Part shown: piece by piece, positions 1 to 9,938 of the stretch
Numbering within the stretch: position 1 is the stretch's first letter
Layout of the letters: each line of letters begins with the position of its first letter
Program-made: the position numbers and the translations under genes
Notes under the pieces: model-generated
Seen by the model: only the letters and a program-made list of their open reading frames with translations
The model's database searches: none
Told to the model about the DNA's origin: nothing
Assembly (NCBI GenBank): GCA_044376115.1
Contig: JBILLK010000020.1
Location: 138,777 to 202,776 of the forward strand
Length of the DNA stretch: 64,000 nucleotides
Reading direction: 5' to 3'
Origin: Polyangiaceae bacterium
GTDB taxonomy: Bacteria > Myxococcota_A > Polyangia > Polyangiales > Polyangiaceae

Positions 1-1613
1 GCCTCGGCCACCAAGCCTGCAGCAAGCTCCTTGTCGTCGAGCCCAGCGCAGTTGATGCGCACGTTGAGTTCAGCGCCTAGGACGGCCGTTCGAGCGCACA
101 ACGCACCAACACCTGCGTCGGAAACCGATGCCGGATTCCCGAGCTCGGCCATCTTTGCAATGCCCTCCATCGAGGCCAGCGCGACCTTCATGACCTCGAG
201 CGGCACCTCTGCGGCGCGCACGGTCGCCCGCTGCATCGCTTGCCGCCGTGCGGCCTTCTCCGCGTCGGTCGACTTGGGCAACGACATCGCGTCCATCACC
301 TGGTTGAAAGCCGCCGTGTCCTCATCCACCAGCGCGAGCAGCCGATCGTAGGCCAGCTTCCCCTGCTCGGCGTAGTCGCTGAACTCCTCCCAACGCGCGT
401 CCCAACCACGCTTGTGGGAAGAGAGATTCGCCACCATGGTGCTCAAGGCAGCGCCAAACGCTCCCACCGTGGCGGCGATCGAACCGCCGCCCGGGGCTGG
501 TGATTCGCTCGCGGTTTCCTCGGTGAATGCGCGCACGCTCTTTTGCACGAGCAACGCCGCTGACTCGCCGAGCTTCTTGGCGATCGCAAACTCGATGATC
601 TTCTCTTCCGGCTTGAACGGGTAAAGATCCCCCAGACCGAGCGACTTCACCGCGATCTTGATCAGCTCGTCATCCGAAACGCCAAGCGACCGCTGCTGCT
701 TCTTCAAGAAGTACCGGCCGGCATCCAACAGCGCGCGCAAAGGCAGGAGCCCCACCAGCTCGCTGCCGGTCACGCGAACGCCGCGCGCTTCGGCCTTCTT
801 GCAAACTTCATCGAACACGACATGGAGCGGCGTGACCGAGATGTCCGTGAGGTTGAGCGATACCTGCGCGACGCCGTACTCTTCGATGAACCAGCCGATG
901 CCCTTGACCGCCTTCAGCGAGCCGGGCACCCAAATCGGTTGCCCCTGCTCGTCGCGGACGGGCTTCATCGTGTTCGGATCGAGCTTTTCACGCCCCTTCT
1001 CGCGAACGTCGAAGGCGATCGCGTTGGCGCGTCGGCTGGAGGTCGTGTTGAGGTTGACGTTGTAGGCAACGAGGAAGTCTCTAGCGCCAACCGCCGTCGC
1101 TCCGGTCTTGGATTGGAACGTCTTCGGTCCAAAATCCGGCGCATCGCCCTTGGCCAGGCGGGCCTCCAACGCCTCGTATTCTCCGGCGCGAACTTCAGCG
1201 AGATTCCTGCGCGAGGCCGAGAGCGCCGCTTGCTCGTAGCAATAGATCGAAAGGTTGAGTTCCTCGCCCATTCGCTTGCCGAGCTCGCGAGCCAACTCAA
1301 CCACGCGTTCCATCGAAATGCCGCGCACTGGAACCAGCGGGCACACGTCGAGCGCGCCGAAGCGCGGGTGCTCACCCTTGTGCAAGCGCAAATCGATGAG
1401 TTCCGCGCTCTTCTTGGCTCCTTGGAAGGCGGCCTCACATACGGCGGCCGGAGGTCCAACCAAGGTCACCACCGTGCGGTTCGTCGCCTTTCCAGGGTCA
1501 ACGTCCAGGAGGACCACGTCTTTGACCTTGGTCATCGCCTCGACGATGGCCTGAATAACCGACGGATTCCGACCTTCACTGAAGTTCGGCACGCATTCGA
1601 GCAGTTCACCCAT
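1..1613 (-). CDS. ftcD: Bifunctional glutamate formimidoyltransferase/cyclodeaminase (3' end outside window)
   Basis: Missing from the ORF track because the stop is off-window. ATG at 1613 reads MGELLECVPNFSEGRN...DVDPGKATNRTVVT; the cyclodeaminase part has SPAPGGGS and NVRINC near position 1. Confidence 0.93.
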   Translation of the reverse strand, partial: MGELLECVPNFSEGRNPSVIQAIVEAMTKVKDVVLLDVDPGKATNRTVVTLVGPPAAVCEAAFQGAKKSAELIDLRLHKGEHPRFGALDVCPLVPVRGISMERVVELARELGKRMGEELNLSIYCYEQAALSASRRNLAEVRAGEYEALEARLAKGDAPDFGPKTFQSKTGATAVGARDFLVAYNVNLNTTSSRRANAIAFDVREKGREKLDPNTMKPVRDEQGQPIWVPGSLKAVKGIGWFIEEYGVAQVSLNLTDISVTPLHVVFDEVCKKAEARGVRVTGSELVGLLPLRALLDAGRYFLKKQQRSLGVSDDELIKIAVKSLGLGDLYPFKPEEKIIEFAIAKKLGESAALLVQKSVRAFTEETASESPAPGGGSIAATVGAFGAALSTMVANLSSHKRGWDARWEEFSDYAEQGKLAYDRLLALVDEDTAAFNQVMDAMSLPKSTDAEKAARRQAMQRATVRAAEVPLEVMKVALASMEGIAKMAELGNPASVSDAGVGALCARTAVLGAELNVRINCAGLDDKELAAGLVAE

Positions 1614-1632
1614 GCGGCCGGTTTTACCACGG

Positions 1633-3666
1633 TCAGCGGCGTCGACGGGTGTTCTGCAAGCGAGTGCGCAGCGCGATCAAATCATCCGCCAGTTCGCGGC
1701 AGGATTGGATCCGTCGACCGGGTTCCTTCTCCAAGAGCTGAAGGATCATGAATTCGAGCTCGTCGGGAATGCTCGGGTTGAGACTGCTAGGCGGAGTTGG
1801 CGTGTCCCGCAGCTGCTTCATCAGCACCGCCATCGCCGACTCATGCTGAAACGGCAGCTCCCCAGTGAACATTCGGTAGGCGATGATCCCGACCGAGTAG
1901 AGATCCGAAAGATGGCTCGCTGAATGAAAGTCATTCACTTGCTCCGGGGCCATGTAAGCAGGCGTTCCAGCGCTGTAGCCCGCTTGCGTGAGGTTGGCGC
2001 CGGCCCCTTGCTTCGCGATGCCGAAGTCCATCACTTTGACCTGGCCGGCGCTGGTAACGAATAAATTTTCCGGCTTGAGATCGCGGTGAACCACGCCTCG
2101 CTCGTGAGCAAACTGCAAGCCCTCGAGCGCCTGCACCAAGTAGCCCAAGTCGCGCATCAGGTCCGAACCTTGATTCAAGACCTCGCTCAGGTCGGCGCCG
2201 GCAAGGAGCTCCATCGTGATGAAGCTGGCGTGCCCGTGCGAGCCCATGTCGTAGAGACGAACGATGTTCGGATGGTTGAGCTTGCGTGCTACGGCGAGCT
2301 CCTGCTTGAACCTTCCGAGTTGGGTGGCATCTTGGCCGGTGGGAGCAAAGACCTTGATGGCGATATCTTCATCGAGCTCGAGGTCGCGAGCTTGGTAGAC
2401 GCCAGCCATGCCGCCGCGTCCGACGCGCATCTCGACCCGGTATCGGCCGGCGATCACAAAACCCGCTGGCACATCGAAGACGTTGAAGATGCCTTTGGGC
2501 TCGCGGGTTTGAGGCTTTGCCGGCTGTCTCGACTCTTCAGCCGTGTCTGCCTCGCGTTCCGACTTTGCCTGGACCAGAGGTGCCTCGGCGGCCGGCGCTG
2601 AGCGCACCGACGGGGGAGACTGGGTTGGCGGAGCGTCCTGACGCGAAGGCCGATTGGGACGCGCCGGGATCGGCGGCAGCTCGGGCAAGGAGGGAAAGCT
2701 CTCAGAGCCGGCCGTGGTCTGCTGCGGTTCGCGCCCAACCCGCCGAAAACCTGCGTCCTCTCGAACCACCCGCTCCATCTCGCGAACGTCCCCGCGAATG
2801 AGCCGATCCAAGCGCGCGAGCCTCGACTTCACCTCAGGGTGGTTGGGGAACATGGTGGCAACGCGCGCTACGGCCTCGCGAGCGTTCTCAACGAACCCCG
2901 TTCGTTCGAACAGCGCCGAAACGCGTAGCAGCGGTTCAACATCGGCGTTGGAGGCGATGGGGTCACGAAGGAACCGACCCAGAAATTGGTCCAGATCGAA
3001 ATCGACGATCTCCTCATGGTCCGCCAAGTCGATCGCGCGGTGGCACGCGGCGCGGTAACTCGGGTGATCTGGCGAGTAGCGAAAGAGCGCTCGCATCGCC
3101 TCCTCCGCTTGGCCGGCCGAGCGGAGACAGCGGGAGGCGGCAAGGTGGTCCCCAAGACCGGTGAAGAGGCGTGCCGCCTCGACGTGGCGGCCTGCAGCTT
3201 CCGCCTTTGCAGCGAGCTCGCGGCTACTATTGTTCACCGCATCCGCCAGAGGCGGACGCGAGCTGCGCGGGAGGTCGGGCGGAGCGGGTAGGCTGCTGCG
3301 CCGCCCGATTGACGCCGGTGGTGGGGATGAGCGGTCCGGCACGCTAACTCGCGCACGGCGAACCAGGTCTTCCCGCGCACCATCGTGGCCGAGCCGTGCG
3401 TGGATCTCTGCGGCTTCTTCGAGGCGATTGGCCGACTCGAGCAGCTTCGCGGCGAGGGGCAACGCCGACTCGGGTAGGCGACTGACTTCGACCCGCCCAC
3501 GACCGCAAAGCACCATCAGCGCGTCATCAACTCGCCCCGCGTCTGCCAGCGTCGTGGCCGCGTCCTCAATCAACCCGCCTTCGAAGAGCAAGCGCGCGGC
3601 CGCTTCAATCCGACCTTCGCGAACGAGGGCCTTGGCCCTCTGTCGGAACGTCTCCGGGGTGGACAC
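1633..3666 (-). CDS. Ser/Thr protein kinase with N-terminal TPR-like helical repeats and Pro-rich linker
   Basis: GRGGMAGVY, AIK, HRDLKPEN, DFG and APE motifs in the C-terminal ~270 aa; no TM segment seen. Confidence 0.93.
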   Translation of the reverse strand: MSTPETFRQRAKALVREGRIEAAARLLFEGGLIEDAATTLADAGRVDDALMVLCGRGRVEVSRLPESALPLAAKLLESANRLEEAAEIHARLGHDGAREDLVRRARVSVPDRSSPPPASIGRRSSLPAPPDLPRSSRPPLADAVNNSSRELAAKAEAAGRHVEAARLFTGLGDHLAASRCLRSAGQAEEAMRALFRYSPDHPSYRAACHRAIDLADHEEIVDFDLDQFLGRFLRDPIASNADVEPLLRVSALFERTGFVENAREAVARVATMFPNHPEVKSRLARLDRLIRGDVREMERVVREDAGFRRVGREPQQTTAGSESFPSLPELPPIPARPNRPSRQDAPPTQSPPSVRSAPAAEAPLVQAKSEREADTAEESRQPAKPQTREPKGIFNVFDVPAGFVIAGRYRVEMRVGRGGMAGVYQARDLELDEDIAIKVFAPTGQDATQLGRFKQELAVARKLNHPNIVRLYDMGSHGHASFITMELLAGADLSEVLNQGSDLMRDLGYLVQALEGLQFAHERGVVHRDLKPENLFVTSAGQVKVMDFGIAKQGAGANLTQAGYSAGTPAYMAPEQVNDFHSASHLSDLYSVGIIAYRMFTGELPFQHESAMAVLMKQLRDTPTPPSSLNPSIPDELEFMILQLLEKEPGRRIQSCRELADDLIALRTRLQNTRRRR

Positions 3667-3714
3667 CCCTGCCCTTTACCACCTCTCGGCCGCGGGGTGG
3701 CCGAAATCCGGGGA

Positions 3715-4794
3715 TTACCCGTCCTCGACAGCCTGCGCTGCACGCCGGCAAAGCGCCGGATCCGGCGCCACTTTGAGAGCCTCGTCGAGGTCGATCAGCC
3801 CCTGCTGAAGAAAGCGGCCCAACACTGTATCGAGTGACTGGTTGCCCGAACCATCCCCTTCGGTCGACTTGATCAGCTGGTCGACGAGGTGCAGCTTGCC
3901 CTCTCGGATCAGATGCGAAAGCGCAAAGGACGGCAGCAGCACCTCGACCGCCGCCACGCGACCTTCGCCGTCGGTGCGACGTAGGAGCTGCTGCGCGACG
4001 ATACCCCGCAACAACATCGAGAGCGCCGAGCGCAATTGGGACTGCGCGTCTTCAGCCACGATATCGAGCAGCCGATCGATGCACTTGGCAGCCGAGTTGG
4101 TGTGCAGCGTGCCAAACACAAGCACGCCGGTCTCCGCAGCAGAGAGCGCCAACATCACCGTTTCCACGTCGCGCAGCTCACCCACCACGAGCACATCGGG
4201 AGATTCACGCAGAGCGGCTCGCAGCGCTGCGGCGAAGCTCTCGGTGTGACTACCCACCTCGCGCTGCGTGATCAGACTCTTCTGTGTGCGGTGCACGTAC
4301 TCGATCGGATCCTCGATGGTGAGGATGTGACAGCTGCGCGTACGGTTGATCTCGTTGATGATGGCAGCGAGGGTGGTGGTCTTCCCGCTGCCGGTGGGCC
4401 CGCTGATCAAGACGAGACCGTCTTTCAAGGTGGCTAGACGTTGCACCGCCCGCGGCAGCGCCAAGTCTGCGACCGTTGGCACACGGTTGGGTACCACTCG
4501 AAACACGGCGCCCATTCCCGCAGATTGAACGAAGGCGTTCACGCGGAACCTTCCGACGTCTGGTATCGAATGGGCAAAGTCGAGCTCTTGCGTCGCCTCG
4601 AACTGCTCTCGCTGGGAGGGCGACATGATCTCGTAGAGAAACTTCTTGGTCTCCTCGGCCGAGAGCAAACGAAACGGCAGCTGAACGAGCTCGCCATCCA
4701 TGCGGATCTTCGGCACCGAGCCGGAGTGAAAATGCAGGTCACTCGCCTTTTGGTCGGCAACGAGCCGCAGAAAGGAGTAGATGCGCGGCGCCAT
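3715..4794 (-). CDS. pilT: PilT/PilU-family twitching motility ATPase
   Basis: ASDLH, Walker A GPTGSGKTT, TIEDPIE, Walker B VLVVGE, His box GTLHT, AIRNLIRE-like ALSHLIREGK. Confidence 0.9.
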   Translation of the reverse strand: MAPRIYSFLRLVADQKASDLHFHSGSVPKIRMDGELVQLPFRLLSAEETKKFLYEIMSPSQREQFEATQELDFAHSIPDVGRFRVNAFVQSAGMGAVFRVVPNRVPTVADLALPRAVQRLATLKDGLVLISGPTGSGKTTTLAAIINEINRTRSCHILTIEDPIEYVHRTQKSLITQREVGSHTESFAAALRAALRESPDVLVVGELRDVETVMLALSAAETGVLVFGTLHTNSAAKCIDRLLDIVAEDAQSQLRSALSMLLRGIVAQQLLRRTDGEGRVAAVEVLLPSFALSHLIREGKLHLVDQLIKSTEGDGSGNQSLDTVLGRFLQQGLIDLDEALKVAPDPALCRRAAQAVEDG

Positions 4795-7601
4795 CAGGCT
4801 CTTCGCCCCAAGGCACTTGCGTCACTGCGCGATGGCCGATCACGCACCTCCGCCTCATCCGGCGCGCTCGAGGGAAGGCCCAACGCCGCCTCGAAGCTGC
4901 GCTTGTCGATCACGCGCGCATAAGCCTCCTCGAGCACAATGGCTTTCTCGCGAGCCAGCCGCGTGAGTTCCGCGTCCATCAGCTGCATGCCCTGATCGCG
5001 GGAGGTGGCGATGATGGTTGGAATTTGGAAGCTCTTCCCTTTGCGAATCAGCGATTGGATCGCGTCATTGCCGATCATCACCTCCACCACCGGCAGACGC
5101 GAGCCCTGCGGTGTGGGCAACAGATGTTGGCAAGTCACAGCCCGCAACGACTCCGCCAACATGTTGCGCACCTGGGCTTGCGACTTCGTCGGGAAGGCGT
5201 GAATCAAACGGTCGACGGTGGCATCGGCGGAGGTCGTGTGCACCGTTCCGAAGACGAGGTGCCCCGTTTCCGCTGCCGTGACGGCGAAGGAAATGGTGTC
5301 GAGATCGCGGAGTTCACCGACCAGAATTACGTCTGGGTCCTGGCGCAACGCGGACTTCAAGGCGCCGCGGAACGTCTGCGTGTGCGCACCGACCTCGCGT
5401 TGCGTGAGCATGCTCATCCGATGCTTGTGCACCACCTCGATCGGGTCCTCGATGGTCACGATATGGCGCGCCTGACTTCGGTTGATATGGTCGACGAGCG
5501 CCGCGAGCGTCGTGGACTTGCCGGCGCCGGTCGGGCCTCCGACGAGCACAAGGCCATGAGGGAACTCGGCAAACGTGCGGATCACCTCGGGGACCTGAAG
5601 CTCAGCCAAGGTGCGGATGTCATTTTTGACGATCCGGAACACCGCGCCCAAGCCGCTCAGTTGACGGAACACATTCACGCGAAAGCGCAGGCCTCGGGAG
5701 GCCAAATCATAGGAAAGGTCGACCTCCTGCCCAGCGTCGAAGTCCTTGCGATGGGAGCGCGAAAAGTGGGGCACCACCAACTCACGGATCTGCTCTTCGG
5801 AGAGCGTCGAGCTGCCGAGCGCGGAGATCCGACCTTTGCACTTGATGAACGGCACTTGCCCCGCGAGCAGGAACACGTCGTCGGCTTCCTCGCGGACTGC
5901 GTGCGCCAACAGGCCGTCGAGCGAGCGCACCGAAGCGACCTCATTGACCTGCTTCTGCATACGAAACCGACCGAGGAGCCGGCCCGCCGCCTCACGTACG
6001 GTTGCGGACGGGTCCTCTTCACAGCCCTTGGCCCACAACGCGAACGAGCCATCATCGAGCTCTTCGAGCATGTTGATGGCGGCCACACGAATGTCCGGAT
6101 CGACGTCCTGCGTCAGCTCGGCCACTTCGGGCAGCGCCTCGGTTGCACGCAAGGCCCGCAACGCCGCAATGCACGCGACGCGAATCTCGGGACGCCGCGC
6201 CAAGAGATCGACGAGATAGGCGGTGGCGCGCTCGTCGCCCAAGCGACCGATGGCCTCTACGGCGAGTTCGGCCACGAACCAATCCTCATCGCTTTGCGCG
6301 ACTCGTACCAACGCCCCGAGCGCCCGCCGATCCTCGATTCGAAGCAACGCAGAGACCGCGAAACGCCGCACCACGCCGGACGGATCCGAGAGGTAGTCCT
6401 TGATGATGTACTTGGTGATCGCTTGGGTATCGAGCTCCACCAAGGCATCGAGCACGCGCTCGCGTACCCACCAGTCTTCATCTCGCAGGTACTTCAGCAG
6501 CTTGGGCGCGAGCGTACCTTCACGGTCTTCGACCTTGTTGGCGATCTCAGCGGCCAGCCGTCGCACGTTGACCTGACTCGAGCGCAATAGCCAAACGATG
6601 GCGCGCGCTGCATCGATGCTTCCGCTCTTCGACAGCTGCACGACGGCATGTCCTGCGCGCGTTCGAATCGACACGTCGCGATGCGAGAGCGCTTCGATCA
6701 AGGTCGGGTAAAGCGCCTCGGAGCCGGCCGTCTCGATGGCCTCGATGATCACCAGACGAATGGACTTTGGGCCTTGACGAAAACGGTCACGAAAGAGGGC
6801 TGACGCTGCATCCCCAGGCTGTTTTGCGCCGTACGTGAGAAACGCGCGAATGACCTCGAGGCCTCGCCCCTCGAGCGCTGGCTCGACGCGATTCCAGAAG
6901 TCCGGGTCCTCCAGCTGCCCGAGCGCCGTCACCGCCTGAGCAACCACCAAATCATCTCGGTCCGCCAGGGCCAGCTGAATCGCGCTGAGTGCGTCCTCGA
7001 GCTGACGCGCAAAGCGTGTGCGGTCGCCCAAGATGCGCAGCACGATGATCTTTTCCTGGGCCTTTCCGACCTGCAGCACCGCGCGCAAAAGCGGCAACGA
7101 ATGTTGCGCTGCGCGACCAATGAAGGCGGCAACCGCTTCGGAGCGGCCGAGGAAGGCTGGATCCAGCGACTTGCGCGTGGCTAGCTCGAGGGCCGTCGGA
7201 CCACCGACTTGCTTCAGGGTCTCGACGGCGGCGGAGCGCACCGTAGCGTCGGAGTGACCAAGGAGCTCCACCAGCTCGTTGTGGGCGGCGATGTTGTTGA
7301 CCTGCGGCAAGAGCGCGATCAGCGTGGTTCGCAGCGGGCCATCGGCCGTCTTCAGCGCGCGCACGAACGGAACGAAAAGATCGGGCGAAGGGGCACGCGC
7401 CGTAGCCTCCGCCAGGAGCTCGCAGCGCATCGCGTGATCGATCGCGCTCGAGCGTGCTTGCAGCTCGACCACGGCATTCAAGATCTTGGTCACATCGCTG
7501 GTTTGGAGGGCCCCGAGCTTGCCGAGAAACGCCTTAACGTCTGCAGTGGAGCCGAGTGCTTGGCTCTTCAGTTGCCGCGTTAAGTCGTTCCACTGAAACA
7601 C
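4794..7601 (-). CDS. HEAT-repeat protein fused to a C-terminal PilT-family ATPase
   Basis: About 550 aa of HEAT-like repeats (e.g. DEDWWVRERVLDAL, DPSGVVRRFAVSAL), then GPTGAGKST, TIEDPIE, ILVGE, GTVHT, AIQSLIRKGK. Stop overlaps the next pilT start (TGATG). Confidence 0.92.
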   Translation of the reverse strand: MFQWNDLTRQLKSQALGSTADVKAFLGKLGALQTSDVTKILNAVVELQARSSAIDHAMRCELLAEATARAPSPDLFVPFVRALKTADGPLRTTLIALLPQVNNIAAHNELVELLGHSDATVRSAAVETLKQVGGPTALELATRKSLDPAFLGRSEAVAAFIGRAAQHSLPLLRAVLQVGKAQEKIIVLRILGDRTRFARQLEDALSAIQLALADRDDLVVAQAVTALGQLEDPDFWNRVEPALEGRGLEVIRAFLTYGAKQPGDAASALFRDRFRQGPKSIRLVIIEAIETAGSEALYPTLIEALSHRDVSIRTRAGHAVVQLSKSGSIDAARAIVWLLRSSQVNVRRLAAEIANKVEDREGTLAPKLLKYLRDEDWWVRERVLDALVELDTQAITKYIIKDYLSDPSGVVRRFAVSALLRIEDRRALGALVRVAQSDEDWFVAELAVEAIGRLGDERATAYLVDLLARRPEIRVACIAALRALRATEALPEVAELTQDVDPDIRVAAINMLEELDDGSFALWAKGCEEDPSATVREAAGRLLGRFRMQKQVNEVASVRSLDGLLAHAVREEADDVFLLAGQVPFIKCKGRISALGSSTLSEEQIRELVVPHFSRSHRKDFDAGQEVDLSYDLASRGLRFRVNVFRQLSGLGAVFRIVKNDIRTLAELQVPEVIRTFAEFPHGLVLVGGPTGAGKSTTLAALVDHINRSQARHIVTIEDPIEVVHKHRMSMLTQREVGAHTQTFRGALKSALRQDPDVILVGELRDLDTISFAVTAAETGHLVFGTVHTTSADATVDRLIHAFPTKSQAQVRNMLAESLRAVTCQHLLPTPQGSRLPVVEVMIGNDAIQSLIRKGKSFQIPTIIATSRDQGMQLMDAELTRLAREKAIVLEEAYARVIDKRSFEAALGLPSSAPDEAEVRDRPSRSDASALGRRA

Positions 7602-7662
7602 GCCTCAGTCATACAAGATTCGGGCTTTGGGTTGTTGCAGCAACCGCTCCAGGCGGCACGCC

Positions 7663-9384
7663 TCACTCGCCCACGTGCAGAGAGCTGGAGACTTTCCCGG
7701 TACGGGTATTTTCCACCGTCAGCGTGAACTTACCGCTCCCTCGTACGACCCAGGAAAGCTTCCGTCGTGCGGACTCTCCGATCGAACGCAGCAAGACGGG
7801 GGTCGTCGAGCGGTCATTGCCGCCCCAACCGGGCAAGTGACCAAGCTCCCGGACCGACTCGTGGCCGTCGAGGAGCAAGCCGTCCGCCACGTGGACGCTT
7901 GCGCGCACTGGATCGGCATAGGAGCGCTGCTTCGCCGAGCCGAGAAAGTAGGAAGGCAAATAGCCCTGATTCTCGATCACGGCACTGACGAGGCTCGTAC
8001 CGGTCGCGATCGCACGAACCTCGAGGGAGCTGATCACGATGCGCGGAGCCAACGCTGCAAGCCGCAAAAAGAAGCTGGATTGGGCTTTACACAGCTCGTT
8101 GAGCCGATGCAGCGGCGGGTTCCACACTCCGACCAGAGGGTCATAGCCCCCGAGCTCGACCGCCCCGAGTTGCGGATGCTCGAACGGGCGCCACGCACCG
8201 ATGATGCGACCTTCATTGTGATCGCGATCCCAGGCGGCGATCTGCGCGATGGCCGCTGGTCCGCAGTAATCCTCGTAGTTCTTGATGAACGGCCGCTTGA
8301 CCTCAAAACCGACCTGCTTCCAAAAATCCCAAAGTTCACACACGAGACCAATCGCCCCGCGATCGACGTACGCATAGTTGGCCAAGTCGCCATGCAGCGG
8401 CTTGTCGGGCTCGTAGGTGAACTCGGTAAATCCACTGACGGTGGGGTAGCCAGCAAACTCTTTGGCCCAGGTTTCAAGCTGACGGAACACCGCTGCATCG
8501 TGCGGATCCAACTTGCTATCGGGCTTGTCATTGAGCGGACGTATATAGACGCCACCAAAGGTGTGCAGGCTCAGCCAGGCAAAGATGTTGGGATTCTGCG
8601 CAGCAAACGCGACGACTCCACGGGACTCGGGTTCACTCATCGGGAACGGACCTGCCCCCGCTTGTTCGGGCTCGGCGCGCCAATCCGTCGGGAAGTTGCG
8701 GTTGAGATCGGTCTGCGTGTCGCTCAAGTAGTGAGCGCGCGGAACGGAGAAACCATCCCATCGTTCGATCGTGCCCTCGGGGTAAACGCGATAGAACGGC
8801 CCTTCGTCCTCGACGGAGCGCGGCAGCATCAAGTTGGGCACCTCCTTCGACTGAACGAAGTCGCCCGTCGCGTCCTTTACGCGCATTATCAGCGAGAGAC
8901 CGTCGCCGTCGACGTCCTCATGCCGCCAATACGGCCCGTGATTGCCTAGCCGATGGTCACGGTGGTTGGAGCGAACGAAGTGCCGCTGCGCGAGCACACG
9001 CTCAGCGCCGTCTGGGCTCAGCCGCGGCGCGATATGGAAGAGCACACCAGCCTTCATCCAACTCGCGACGTGCGCAGGCAAATCACCAAGCGGCTCTCCG
9101 GCAAAGCCGCGCAGGAGGTCTTCGGCGATGGCGAGGCAGACGCTCGACCCACAGAGTTCGCTCGCGTGAATGTTGCCGTCCAGCCAAGCAGCGGGCCGCC
9201 TGCGCTCGGGCTCACGGCCGATCGTCAGTAACCACACGTCGCGCGCTCCCTCCGAGACGGCGAGCGATTGCAACCGCGCAAACTCGGGGAAAGCCTTGGC
9301 CCAGCGCTGGAGCTGCTCCGTGAGCTCGGCGTGGTTGAGAAACTGCTCGCGAAAGCCCAAGCTCAAGGAGTCGATCGAGGTCAC
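7663..9384 (-). CDS. M14-family zinc carboxypeptidase
   Basis: GNIHASE (HxxE), DLNRNFP, SEPE and SLHTFGG motifs; no signal peptide seen. Confidence 0.9.
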   Translation of the reverse strand: MTSIDSLSLGFREQFLNHAELTEQLQRWAKAFPEFARLQSLAVSEGARDVWLLTIGREPERRRPAAWLDGNIHASELCGSSVCLAIAEDLLRGFAGEPLGDLPAHVASWMKAGVLFHIAPRLSPDGAERVLAQRHFVRSNHRDHRLGNHGPYWRHEDVDGDGLSLIMRVKDATGDFVQSKEVPNLMLPRSVEDEGPFYRVYPEGTIERWDGFSVPRAHYLSDTQTDLNRNFPTDWRAEPEQAGAGPFPMSEPESRGVVAFAAQNPNIFAWLSLHTFGGVYIRPLNDKPDSKLDPHDAAVFRQLETWAKEFAGYPTVSGFTEFTYEPDKPLHGDLANYAYVDRGAIGLVCELWDFWKQVGFEVKRPFIKNYEDYCGPAAIAQIAAWDRDHNEGRIIGAWRPFEHPQLGAVELGGYDPLVGVWNPPLHRLNELCKAQSSFFLRLAALAPRIVISSLEVRAIATGTSLVSAVIENQGYLPSYFLGSAKQRSYADPVRASVHVADGLLLDGHESVRELGHLPGWGGNDRSTTPVLLRSIGESARRKLSWVVRGSGKFTLTVENTRTGKVSSSLHVGE

Positions 9385-9890
9385 GTTGGCGCGGAGTGTA
9401 CTCGCTTTGCAAGACGCCCGGACCGCCGTTCAATCGCTGCGGCGCGCATGCGCTCCTCCTCGGGCGTTTCAACCACCAGCTCGGGGACACTCACCGGGCG
9501 CCCCTCGCGAAAGGCTACGAAGGTGAGAAAGCCAGACACGCAGGGCCAGGTCTCACCGGTCACCGCGTCCTCACCGCGTACGTCGACGAACACTTCGCAC
9601 GAGGTGCGAAATGAAGCCGTCACGCGAGCCTCGAGCCGAACCACCTGGCCCACGCGAATGGGTTGCTCAAACGAGAGGTCATCGATGCCAGCGGTGACAC
9701 CCACCGATCCCATGAAGCGTTGCGAGCAGATGGCGGCGCACAGGTCCATCCAGGCAAGGACTTGTCCACCGAACACATTTCCAAGCGCGTTCGCGTGGGT
9801 TGGAAGCACGTACTCGGTCATCTGGGTGAAGGATCCGCGCGCGTGCTTCCGGGGCCTTTCAGCGGGAATTTCTGACATGTTGCTGCCCAT
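9381..9890 (-). CDS. Acyl-CoA thioesterase (hotdog fold)
   Basis: VLPTHANALGNVFGG..MD motif; start at 9890 or 9878; stop overlaps the peptidase start (GTGA). Confidence 0.9.
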   Translation of the reverse strand: MGSNMSEIPAERPRKHARGSFTQMTEYVLPTHANALGNVFGGQVLAWMDLCAAICSQRFMGSVGVTAGIDDLSFEQPIRVGQVVRLEARVTASFRTSCEVFVDVRGEDAVTGETWPCVSGFLTFVAFREGRPVSVPELVVETPEEERMRAAAIERRSGRLAKRVHSAPT

Positions 9891-9938
9891 GGCCCGCCTG
9901 CCATCAGGCCGCAACCTTCTGCTCGACGCGACCGAAGA

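Noticed and set aside
822..1751. 309-aa plus-strand ORF
   Set aside because: Antisense shadow of ftcD, which the ORF track missed because its stop is off-window.
5025..8949. Long plus-strand ORFs (521 aa and 440 aa)
   Set aside because: Antisense shadows of HEAT-PilT and the M14 peptidase; common in high-GC DNA and without recognisable motifs.
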